A stretch of DNA of 51,564 bases from positions 1 to 51,564 of the forward strand of contig CBFGIT010000019.1 in NCBI GenBank assembly GCA_965648905.1, read 5' to 3'. The DNA comes from a candidate division WOR-3 bacterium (GTDB taxonomy: Bacteria > Hydrothermota > Tepidihabitantia > Tepidihabitantales > Tepidihabitantaceae). Under the pieces are notes generated by a model that saw only the letters and a program-made list of their open reading frames with translations, had not been told where the DNA came from and made no database searches. The translations under genes were made by a program, and so were the position numbers. Positions 36,129 through 44,560 of the stretch are shown piece by piece. Each line of letters begins with the position of its first letter. The first letter of the stretch is position 1.

Positions 36129-38258
36129 GTGAGTCCGTACTTCTGGTTTGCACCGGGCGGCGCGGTCCTGGCGCTGTTCTTCGCCCTGTATCTGGCGGTT
36201 CGGAACCTGAAGCTGAGCGAAGGCACCGAGCCGATGAGGGAAATCGCCAAGGCGGTGCGCATCGGCGCGATGGCCTACCTGAAGCAGCAGTACAAGGGAG
36301 TCGGCATATTCTTTGCCGTCGTGTTCGTACTCCTGGGTGTGCTCGCGCTGCTCGGGCTGCAGTCGTGGTTTGTGCCGTTCGCGTTTCTGACCGGCGGGTT
36401 CTTTTCGGCCCTGTCCGGGTACATCGGTATGTCCATCGGCACGCACTCGAGTGCCCGCACAACACATGCGGCCAAGACCAGCCTGAACGCCGGTCTGCGG
36501 GTCGCATTCTCGTCCGGGATGGTGATGGGACTGACCGTGGTCGGCCTCGGGCTTGTCGACCTTTCCATCTGGTACGTCATCCTGAACGCGGTCTATGCGA
36601 ACCTGCCCGCGGTCGAGAAGCTGACCGCCATCACTTCGACAATGATTGCTTTCGGCATCGGTGCATCGTCGCAGGCGCTGTTTGCCCGAGTCGGCGGCGG
36701 CATTTTCACCAAGGCTGCGGACGTGGGTGCTGACCTCGTGGGCAAGGTCGAGGCCGGGATTCCAGAGGACGACCCGCGCAACCCGGCGGTGATTGCCGAC
36801 AACGTCGGTGACTGTGTCGGCGACATCGCGGGCATGGGTGCGGACCTGTACGAGTCGTACGTTGATTCGATTGTCGCCTCAATGGCGTTATCGGTTGTGG
36901 CACTGGCCGGTTCCGGGTTTGAGGTGAACGGCGTGCTGCTGCCGATGGTTCTGGCCGGGGTCGGGATTGTCTCATCGATACTCGGCAGCTTTCTGGTCCG
37001 GGCCGGAGAGAAGGCCGAGCAGAGCGTCCTGCTCCGGGCGTTGCGTTACGGCATCTACGGCGCAACGGCGCTTTCCGCAGTGCTGGGTTTCTTGGTCGTC
37101 CGCTGGCTTCTGCCCAATCATCCCCAGGTGTACTGGGCAATTCTCTCGGGCCTGCTCGCCGGTGTCATCATCGGCTACTTCACCGAGCGGTACACCTCTG
37201 ATTCCTACAAGCCGGTGCAGGGAATCGCGAACGAGGCGAAGACTTCTGCGGCCACGGTCATCATCGAGGGCCTGGCGGTCGGGATGAACTCGACGATTCC
37301 GATTGTCATCACCGCGGCGGTGGCGATCATCACCAGCTACTACATGGTCGGTGGGGCCTCGAATCCGGGTCTTGGCCTGTACGGCATCGGCATCTCTGCG
37401 GTAGGGATGCTGGCGACGCTGGGCATCACGCTCGCGACCGATGCCTATGGCCCGGTCGCGGACAATGCCGGTGGCAACGCCGAGATGACACACCAGGACC
37501 CGATAGTACGCGAGCGCACCGACGCGCTTGATGCTCTGGGCAACACCACCGCGGCCACGGGTAAGGGTTTTGCCATCGGGTCCGCGGCCCTGACAGCATT
37601 GGCGCTGATTGCTGCCTACCGGGGTGAGACAGAGCATGTCAGCCACAAAGTCCTTGGTTATGTCAAGGAGCTGAATCTCACCTTGATGAACCCACGGTTG
37701 ATTGCCGGGCTTTTCTTGGGCGCGATGCTGCCAATGGGCGTGTCGTCGATGATTCTCCGTGCAGTGGGCCGAACCGCATCCAGGATCGCCGACGAGGTGA
37801 GACGTCAGTTCCGCGAAATCCCTGGTCTGATGGAGGGGAAGGCGAAGCCCGACTATGCCCGGGCAGTGACAATCTGCACCAAGGCGGCGCAGAAGGCGAT
37901 GGTGGCGCCGTCGCTGATGGCAATTGTCACGCCGATTGTAGTCGGAATCCTGCTCGGCACGGACGGCGTGGCCGGATTCCTGGCCGGCGGACTTGCCGCC
38001 GGGTTCTGCTTGGCGATGTTCAGCGCGAATTCGGGCGCAGCCTGGGATAACGCCAAGAAGTACATCGAGAAGGGCATGTTCGGTGGCAAGGGCTCGCCCG
38101 CACACCACGCCGCGATTGTCGGCGACACGGTCGGCGACCCGTTGAAAGATGCCTCCGGGCCCTCGCTCAACATCCTCCTGAAGCTGCAGTCGATGGTTTC
38201 GATTGTCGTGCTCGGGCTGGTGATCAAGGTCTCGTCCTGGCTGCCCTGGCTCAGGTGA
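36129..38258 (+). CDS. hppA: K+-dependent membrane-bound pyrophosphatase (Na+- or Na+/H+-pumping)
   Basis: DVGADLVGKVE, DNVGD, DLYESY, DAYGPVADNAGG, GNTTAA, GDTVGDPLKD; AAGGAG SD before GTG 36129. Confidence 0.95.
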   Translation: MSPYFWFAPGGAVLALFFALYLAVRNLKLSEGTEPMREIAKAVRIGAMAYLKQQYKGVGIFFAVVFVLLGVLALLGLQSWFVPFAFLTGGFFSALSGYIGMSIGTHSSARTTHAAKTSLNAGLRVAFSSGMVMGLTVVGLGLVDLSIWYVILNAVYANLPAVEKLTAITSTMIAFGIGASSQALFARVGGGIFTKAADVGADLVGKVEAGIPEDDPRNPAVIADNVGDCVGDIAGMGADLYESYVDSIVASMALSVVALAGSGFEVNGVLLPMVLAGVGIVSSILGSFLVRAGEKAEQSVLLRALRYGIYGATALSAVLGFLVVRWLLPNHPQVYWAILSGLLAGVIIGYFTERYTSDSYKPVQGIANEAKTSAATVIIEGLAVGMNSTIPIVITAAVAIITSYYMVGGASNPGLGLYGIGISAVGMLATLGITLATDAYGPVADNAGGNAEMTHQDPIVRERTDALDALGNTTAATGKGFAIGSAALTALALIAAYRGETEHVSHKVLGYVKELNLTLMNPRLIAGLFLGAMLPMGVSSMILRAVGRTASRIADEVRRQFREIPGLMEGKAKPDYARAVTICTKAAQKAMVAPSLMAIVTPIVVGILLGTDGVAGFLAGGLAAGFCLAMFSANSGAAWDNAKKYIEKGMFGGKGSPAHHAAIVGDTVGDPLKDASGPSLNILLKLQSMVSIVVLGLVIKVSSWLPWLR

Positions 38259-38274
38259 CAATTAAGGCATCATC

Positions 38275-38311
38275 GAGGGCCGGGAGTCAGCTTCCGGCCC
38301 TCTCGTTTGTT
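38275..38311 (+). terminator. intrinsic terminator after hppA
   Basis: GAGGGCCGGGAG-TCAG-CTTCCGGCCCTC followed by tcgtttgtt. Confidence 0.72.
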
Positions 38312-38329
38312 CAAAGCCGCGGGCACGGT

Positions 38330-38357
38330 TTGACGGCGCTGGCGCAGTTGCTATACT
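38330..38357 (+). promoter_or_regulatory. extended -10 promoter, probably leaderless
   Basis: TTGACG-16 bp-TATACT with TGn extension; ATG follows after 7 nt. Confidence 0.7.
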
Positions 38358-38364
38358 GCGGCCC

Positions 38365-39087
38365 ATGTCATCACAATCGAGTAGTCCAACCTGGCCAACG
38401 GGTGAGGTCGAACTGCTGCGCGAAGAGATCCGTGCCGCCTACAACCAGATACACCGACGCGGTGCGATTCAGTCCATGCCCGGACACCAGACGCGTTTGC
38501 TCTCGATGTTGGAGCCTCGGACCGGAGCCCGGCTCCTCGATGTGGGCTGCGGCACCGGCGACATGCTTCAAGCAGCGGTTGATCGCAACCTGTCAGCAGT
38601 CGGACTGGACGTATCTGACGTCGGAGTCGAGTCTGCGCGCCGACGCGTGCCGAAGGTCGAATGCGTGGTCGGAGCAGCCGAAAACCTGCCTTTTGCTGAC
38701 GCAAGCTTCGACTGCGTAACGTGCATGGGTAGCCTGGAGCACTTCGTAGACATGGAGCGTGCGCTGGCCGAGATGATCCGCGTGACCAGACCGGACGGCC
38801 GCCTGCTGATTCTGGTGCCGAATAGCCGACACTACTGGATGCCAGTGCTTCGTGTCGTCCGAGCGGTTTTTCCAAAGCTTGCGCAGCCGGTTGAGCGACA
38901 CGCGACCCCGCAGGAGTGGGAGCGGCTGCTAACGAAACAGGGGCTTAGAATCCTAGCCGTACACAAGGACAATGACTGGTACGTACCGGGGCGCCTGCTC
39001 CAGGCAGTTGTCCGGGCACTCGGCCGGGTGACGCCCAAGGCAGTTTCCTACTCGCTCGTGTTCATCTGTTGCCCGAACAATAAGTGA
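38365..39087 (+). CDS. class I SAM-dependent methyltransferase
   Basis: LLDVGCGTG, AENLPFADASFD, SLEHF, LVPN. Confidence 0.9.
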   Translation: MSSQSSSPTWPTGEVELLREEIRAAYNQIHRRGAIQSMPGHQTRLLSMLEPRTGARLLDVGCGTGDMLQAAVDRNLSAVGLDVSDVGVESARRRVPKVECVVGAAENLPFADASFDCVTCMGSLEHFVDMERALAEMIRVTRPDGRLLILVPNSRHYWMPVLRVVRAVFPKLAQPVERHATPQEWERLLTKQGLRILAVHKDNDWYVPGRLLQAVVRALGRVTPKAVSYSLVFICCPNNK

Positions 39088-39088
39088 A

Positions 39089-41110
39089 CTACCGGCGGAT
39101 GACCGTATTGGCCACGCCAACATTGCCCTGAGCGTCTGCGACCCAGACGGCAACAACGTTCTCGCCCGGAGCGAGCTGGACGTCAACGCTGAAACGCTCG
39201 TCCGACGAGTCGAGCAGTCCGTCTTCTGGGCCGGCTGCCAGCCATTCGCCGGCATTCACCGACAACCGACCGAATACAATCGGACTGAGTGCATCGCGGG
39301 CGGCAAATGAGACCCGATGCCGATCGTCACCCAGGTGTCGGACGGAAAGGTCAGGAACTTGGGGTGGTGAGTTGTCGACGGGGAAGGCCCTGCTTGTCCG
39401 TTCGGCAAGAAGCGCCATGTCTTGGGGCCGGTCGACCCGGTCGCTGGCCACGAGTCGCACCAGGTACCAGCCGTCGGCCAGGGTTCGGGTGTCAAACTCA
39501 TGCCGGTTCTCGACGACATCGCGAGCCAGCAGTTTCCACTGGGTTTCGTTCTCGCCTTTGAAGTAGAGATCGAATGAGAGCGAGTCCGAATCAGGGTCAG
39601 ATGCCTCCCAGGTGATTGCGCGCCGGGGTCGGGCAAGGCCTTTCTTCGCATCGGTCAGAGGCAGTTCAGCGACTTCGAGCTTCCGTATCTGGGGTGGCCG
39701 GTTGACGGAACCGAAGAACAGGTCGGTACGGGCAAGGGCTGGAGTGAGATTGGGAAAACGGGATGAGAATCGTGCCCGCCACTGAATGAAACGGGCTGAT
39801 GGGGAACGGACAGTGCCCGGTGCTTCGGTCCACTCGCTCCAAGTCGAGTCAGGCCGTTGCGACGATCCGGTTCGGGTGTCGAAGTTGAGACCAGTTCCTG
39901 CCGGCACGGTTCCGCGGAAGGTAAGGCGGCCGAAATGAACCGGGTTGTCGCAGTCCTTGGGTGGTGATACGAGGTAACCAGAGTCGGGATAGCCGGTTCC
40001 TAACTCGTAGAGCCGTGCGTTGTTGCCAGTGGAGACGATGAACGGACTCGATGTCGCTCCGGGCCGTGAGGCCCGGGGCAGAAAGCTGAGGGCCTGAGAT
40101 TCGGTAAGCCGATGTAGGATTGAGGCCCGACCCATTGTGTCGAGCTCGTAGACCAGTCCGCGCTGGCCAGTGCCGACAAGCAGACCGAGGCCCGTGGATG
40201 GGTTCTGGCGCAGAGCCAAGGCGAAGACGAGCGACTCCGGACAGGTCCATGACCAAGCGAGATTCGACGAGCGCAGGGCATAGACCTGGGCCGGGCCTAA
40301 GTCGGTGCTGGACCCGGGAGAACTATTGGCGGCAACGTAGACTTCTCCACCCGGGCTGGAGACGATGGCCCTGACTTCATCGAGCGGAGTATCATACAGA
40401 ACTGAGACGTTGGGCTTGTTTCGGTCTGCTGAGAAGTCAAGACGGTAGACGATTCCGTCGGGCGACGTGCCGACCAGCAGTTCCTTGTCAGGGACGAGCC
40501 AGTGCATGGTTGTCAGGTGAGATTGCGGCGCAGTGAACACGGTGCGCATCCTGCCGTCAGGCGTGATGGCGATAAGCCGGCCCTGGTCGCCGGTGGCGCA
40601 GTAGAGCGTGCCCTGGCGGTCGGCGAGCAGACAGAAGATGTAGCTCTCGCCGGTGGCAAGCAGAGATTCCGGCTGCGCACCAGGCCGGCAGCGGTAGATG
40701 GTTCCGGCCGGGGTGTTGCCGAAGTAGATTGCCCCGTCGGCCCCGACGGTAAGCGCGAGGATTTCGCCGGTGGTGCCATCGTAGACAAGTTCGGGAGCAG
40801 CGTCGGGCCGAGCCAGACGAAAGACCCGGGCCGAGTTGCCCGTGCCGAGCCAAAGCGCTCCGGAGCGGTCCTGGCAGACCTGCCAGACCGCAGCCTCAGT
40901 GAGCGTTGCCAGTTCCTTCAGGGCCGGGGCGAGAGTGACGGTGCCATCGTGACCGAGGCTGACATTGCGGAACTCCAGACGGTCCAGGACAGAGAGCAGG
41001 TCATCAACGCCATCTACGGTCCAGACTGCAGCCCGGGCCCCGCCTGCTAGGATGAGCCAGAACGATGCCAGGGTGACGAACCATCGTGCGACGGACTGCG
41101 GGTGCTGCAT
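39089..41110 (-). CDS. secreted beta-propeller protein with C-terminal FN3/Ig-like domains
   Basis: start moved to ATG 41110 after AGGAG; signal peptide; GTG/GTSPDG blades; WEASDPDSD, LADGWY, VDNSPP. Confidence 0.78.
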   Translation of the reverse strand: MQHPQSVARWFVTLASFWLILAGGARAAVWTVDGVDDLLSVLDRLEFRNVSLGHDGTVTLAPALKELATLTEAAVWQVCQDRSGALWLGTGNSARVFRLARPDAAPELVYDGTTGEILALTVGADGAIYFGNTPAGTIYRCRPGAQPESLLATGESYIFCLLADRQGTLYCATGDQGRLIAITPDGRMRTVFTAPQSHLTTMHWLVPDKELLVGTSPDGIVYRLDFSADRNKPNVSVLYDTPLDEVRAIVSSPGGEVYVAANSSPGSSTDLGPAQVYALRSSNLAWSWTCPESLVFALALRQNPSTGLGLLVGTGQRGLVYELDTMGRASILHRLTESQALSFLPRASRPGATSSPFIVSTGNNARLYELGTGYPDSGYLVSPPKDCDNPVHFGRLTFRGTVPAGTGLNFDTRTGSSQRPDSTWSEWTEAPGTVRSPSARFIQWRARFSSRFPNLTPALARTDLFFGSVNRPPQIRKLEVAELPLTDAKKGLARPRRAITWEASDPDSDSLSFDLYFKGENETQWKLLARDVVENRHEFDTRTLADGWYLVRLVASDRVDRPQDMALLAERTSRAFPVDNSPPQVPDLSVRHLGDDRHRVSFAARDALSPIVFGRLSVNAGEWLAAGPEDGLLDSSDERFSVDVQLAPGENVVAVWVADAQGNVGVANTVIRR

Positions 41111-41112
41111 TA

Positions 41113-42873
41113 CTATCTCCTTACCTCCAGCTCGAAGCGGGCTGAGCCGGAGACGGCCCGCCCGATTCGGAGCCGCTGTTTGAACAGGATGCTCGACGTG
41201 GAGACGGCGGGCCTGTCCCCGCGGTCGGCAAGCAGAACGGCGCGGACGCTGGGCGGCGGTGCCGGCAGTTCGCGCTCCTCCAGCATGATGCTGCTCGCAG
41301 GGACGTAGCCGGTAACAATCAGTTCGTCTTCCTGACCGGTCGCCGCGAGCAGTTCCTTGAGATGGGCGAGCGAGGCGGGCGTGCTCCGTCCCGGGGCGCG
41401 CATCGCCTCGTTCATCAGGAATGAGTCGGGCTGGACAAAGACGACCTGGACGCTGCCTTCGCGTGCGGTTGCCGGGATAGCGACGGTCGCGTTCTGGTCC
41501 CACTCGTCGCCGCGATAGTCGCGCAGTCGGAGCACAACGTTCACGGTTTCACCCGGCCGGGCCAGTCTGCGGTCAGGTCGGGCGGAAAGCAGGTAGGAAA
41601 GCGCCTGCCCACGCGTCAGGTCCAGTTCAAACTCGACATGACTGATTCCGGGGTGTGCGAAGCGGTTGTCATAGAGCATGGTCAGTTGATCCTGCACGGA
41701 CTTGAACAACTGGGCAGCCGGGTTCACACCGCTGAATACGTGGGCCAGCACGAGCGGCTCAGCCGCCCGGGTCGCACCTCCGGCCGGACTGAAATGGATG
41801 GTCATCTTCGACCGAAGTGACACTTCCTCCAGTGTTCCTTCGGTTTCGTAGACGACGTCGGCCAGGCCAATCGCAACGAGGAGCGGCGTGATTTCGTCAA
41901 GCTGGGCGACGCGAAAACGGTAGGTGTCAATTGCGCTCGGGGAGGAGAACACGACACTGACCGGAGTCATCTCGGCGACCGGCCCGATGGTTCCGCCGAT
42001 GCCGCTGATCCGGTCTTCAGTGACGGTGCCAAACGGCGCGGTCGGAGAGAAGAACTTGAAGGAGAGGGCGACCGACGGCAGCACGCCGTGAATCGTGCCG
42101 CCGGTCATCGGGAGGTTGACCGCGCCGGCTTGAAACATCGGATGGCCGAACGCAAGGATACGGTTTCCCTCGCGCCAGGTGAGCGTGCCGATGCCGGCCA
42201 TCTGTACGTCTCCGTCAATCAGCGACACGCCGACCGCAGCACCAGGTACCAACCCTGCCGTGTCCGTGGTTGTGGCTGTCTTTCCGGCAGCAGCAACCGG
42301 CGTGAGGTTGTGTTCGGCCAGCATCGGGGTAATCAGGTCTGCCAGCCGGGGCGACAGACCGGACAACGCCACCGGCACGGGTAGTTGACTCAGGCCCGAG
42401 TGAGTCGCAGTTACCGGGGTACGAGACTGCCCTGAACGACGCGCCCGGCCTCCGGAGCGAAGAGGTCGGTCCCAGATGTCAAGCATCTGTCCAATCGGTG
42501 TGACGCCGGCAATGGGCTGTTTGGCGAATCCCCAGGCGTAGGCGACTGCCCCGACCAGCCTGCCTTCTATATAGACCGGGCTTCCGGACATCCCGGCAAT
42601 CACGCCCGATTCCTCAAGACCATGTCCGGAAAGACGGCAGAGAATCAAGTCACTGCGCGGCGATACCCGACGCATCACATCAATTACCTCGACCTCAAAG
42701 TCCTCAACCGTTCCGCCGAAGAAGACCGAGCGGCCCGTGCCCTTCATGCCTGGCCTGACTTCGCTTACCGGCATCGTCGGAACCGGTCCGGCCAGGTTGA
42801 CTCCGGGAACCAGCAGGAGAACGATTATGGGAGATAACAGACGGCCGACGGCGTTACCCGGGCTAGCCTTCAA
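41113..42873 (-). CDS. SpoIVB peptidase S55 domain protein, exported
   Basis: VRPGMKGTG, GVIAGMSGSPVYIEGRLVGAVAY, GVTPI, AFGHP. Confidence 0.88.
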   Translation of the reverse strand: MKASPGNAVGRLLSPIIVLLLVPGVNLAGPVPTMPVSEVRPGMKGTGRSVFFGGTVEDFEVEVIDVMRRVSPRSDLILCRLSGHGLEESGVIAGMSGSPVYIEGRLVGAVAYAWGFAKQPIAGVTPIGQMLDIWDRPLRSGGRARRSGQSRTPVTATHSGLSQLPVPVALSGLSPRLADLITPMLAEHNLTPVAAAGKTATTTDTAGLVPGAAVGVSLIDGDVQMAGIGTLTWREGNRILAFGHPMFQAGAVNLPMTGGTIHGVLPSVALSFKFFSPTAPFGTVTEDRISGIGGTIGPVAEMTPVSVVFSSPSAIDTYRFRVAQLDEITPLLVAIGLADVVYETEGTLEEVSLRSKMTIHFSPAGGATRAAEPLVLAHVFSGVNPAAQLFKSVQDQLTMLYDNRFAHPGISHVEFELDLTRGQALSYLLSARPDRRLARPGETVNVVLRLRDYRGDEWDQNATVAIPATAREGSVQVVFVQPDSFLMNEAMRAPGRSTPASLAHLKELLAATGQEDELIVTGYVPASSIMLEERELPAPPPSVRAVLLADRGDRPAVSTSSILFKQRLRIGRAVSGSARFELEVRR

Positions 42874-43525
42874 CTTCGCCGCCGGCGTTCTGCAGGGCCG
42901 AGTTGACTGCCTCTCTGACCTCGGGCAGCTCCCTGATGTTCAACAGGGTCACGCCGATGCCGAGGCAGGGCGAACGCCAGCGCGCGCCGGAGAGCACGTT
43001 CATGACTTCCACGCGCTGGATTGCCGGGTTGGCGCTGAGGAAATCATCGGTGAGCAGGTCGAAGAGATTCTGCCAGCCGACCGCGGTCAGGCGAACCGTT
43101 GAGCCGAGCAGCATTACGCCTCTGGTCTTGAGTCCCAGTGATGTCGCGTCCCGGAAGTAGTTTGCCAGCGCAACACGGTTCTGGGCATCGCCGATAAACC
43201 AGGCGGACTTGGTGTTTGGGTCATGGGCCATGTAGACCTCAACGTGCCCGTAGACCGTGCGGAAGTTCTGGCGCAGCGGCGTCTTGTGAGTGAAGGCGTT
43301 GTCGTAGAAGCCCTTGAGCAGTCCCGAGTTGTCGACCAGTTTCCGGCCCGGCTTGTCGCCGTGCAGGTTGGTATATCCATAGTTGGACATGACGCTGGTG
43401 AGCGGGTCGGAGAACTCGACCCGGGGCATGTTCTTGAGCATCAGGCCGCAGCCGTAGAGCGGGCTAAGCCGCGCCATTGACACTTCGAGTGAGCGGTGCT
43501 GTTCGAGTCTTGATTTCGCCGGCAT
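42863..43525 (-). CDS. hypothetical protein
   Basis: protein-like composition; overlaps the S55 start by 11 nt; upstream promoter; alternative ATG at 43477. Confidence 0.7.
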   Translation of the reverse strand: MPAKSRLEQHRSLEVSMARLSPLYGCGLMLKNMPRVEFSDPLTSVMSNYGYTNLHGDKPGRKLVDNSGLLKGFYDNAFTHKTPLRQNFRTVYGHVEVYMAHDPNTKSAWFIGDAQNRVALANYFRDATSLGLKTRGVMLLGSTVRLTAVGWQNLFDLLTDDFLSANPAIQRVEVMNVLSGARWRSPCLGIGVTLLNIRELPEVREAVNSALQNAGGEVEG

Positions 43526-43609
43526 CTATTGTCTTTCGTCAGCGCGGCATGGCCCTAGCGGCTTGCCTGGACCGTGTTCGGTCCCGGTGTCCTGCCACGC
43601 GAAGAGGTG

Positions 43610-43637
43610 ATGCTACCGTGTTGCCGACGATAGTCAA
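43610..43637 (-). promoter_or_regulatory. sigma70-type promoter of the hypothetical-S55-propeller operon
   Basis: minus strand TTGACT-16 bp-TAGCAT. Confidence 0.5.
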
Positions 43638-43656
43638 CTCTGACAGCGCGGTCCCC

Positions 43657-44484
43657 CTATACCCCGCGCACGCGGCGCCGGAAGACCCGGGCCTCGAACT
43701 CGTCGGTCGCCAGGTGGCTGACGAACTGGTTGAGCCCGGCCGAGCGCAGGCAGTAGTTGCCATTGCCGATGACAATCAAGCCCCGACCAACCCACTCGTA
43801 GACCGTGCGTTCGTCCTTCATCAGACGAACATAGGTCCGCAGGTCGTCCACCGGCCGGTGGGTGTCCGGGTCGAGCACAAAGGCAATCAGAACGAGGGGA
43901 AATGTCTTGATGACGATCTTGAAGCTTGGAGGAAAGCCGTTCTTTGCCGGCAGGACCTCGATGCCGATGACGTTGTTCGGCCGGAGCAACCGGTTGAGGT
44001 TGAACTCGGGCGTGAAGCCGAGCCGGTTGCCGATGACGCCGATGCCGACGTTCTGAAGTTCGATGTTCCGGTCGGCCGGTTTCATCAGCCGGATCATCCG
44101 GATGCGAAACGTTCCGATTCGCTGGTGAGCGAGCAGCTCGCGGAAGACGCGGCAGACCATGATTGAGGCGATGCCTTTGCGGCGGAAACCCTCTTTGACC
44201 GCCACGTCCCACAGAATGATGCCTTTGTTCGGCGGGTCGCGTTCAACATAGGCCCGGCCAACCTGTTGACCATCGAGCAGCGCGTAGACCTGTGCCTTGG
44301 TCGGCAGCATTTCGGTCGTCAGAACAAGCTCGCGGTCGGCAAGGTCGCCATCGAGGATCCGGATGAGGTCCGGGCCCAGTACCCTGTACCGCGGTCCGAC
44401 CCGACCGGGTCGCCAGACGAATCTCGGGGTCCGGCGCAGGGCGCGTCCGACAAGGGAGCCGACCGCCCGAATGATGCCGGTCAC
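43657..44484 (-). CDS. GNAT-family N-acetyltransferase-like protein with unknown C-terminal region
   Basis: WDVAVKEGFRRKGIASIM acetyl-CoA motif A. Confidence 0.72.
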   Translation of the reverse strand: MTGIIRAVGSLVGRALRRTPRFVWRPGRVGPRYRVLGPDLIRILDGDLADRELVLTTEMLPTKAQVYALLDGQQVGRAYVERDPPNKGIILWDVAVKEGFRRKGIASIMVCRVFRELLAHQRIGTFRIRMIRLMKPADRNIELQNVGIGVIGNRLGFTPEFNLNRLLRPNNVIGIEVLPAKNGFPPSFKIVIKTFPLVLIAFVLDPDTHRPVDDLRTYVRLMKDERTVYEWVGRGLIVIGNGNYCLRSAGLNQFVSHLATDEFEARVFRRRVRGV

Positions 44485-44560
44485 CAGCAGTGAGGTTGGT
44501 GCGCCGATGCTTCGACACCAGTCGCATGACGTTGGCCAATCGGCAAATGGTTTCGGCGGT

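Noticed and set aside
41111..41503. N-terminal extension of the 804-aa ORF, suggesting a frameshift fusion with the S55 gene
   Set aside because: The S55 gene ends cleanly, and ATG 41110 has an SD and a signal peptide
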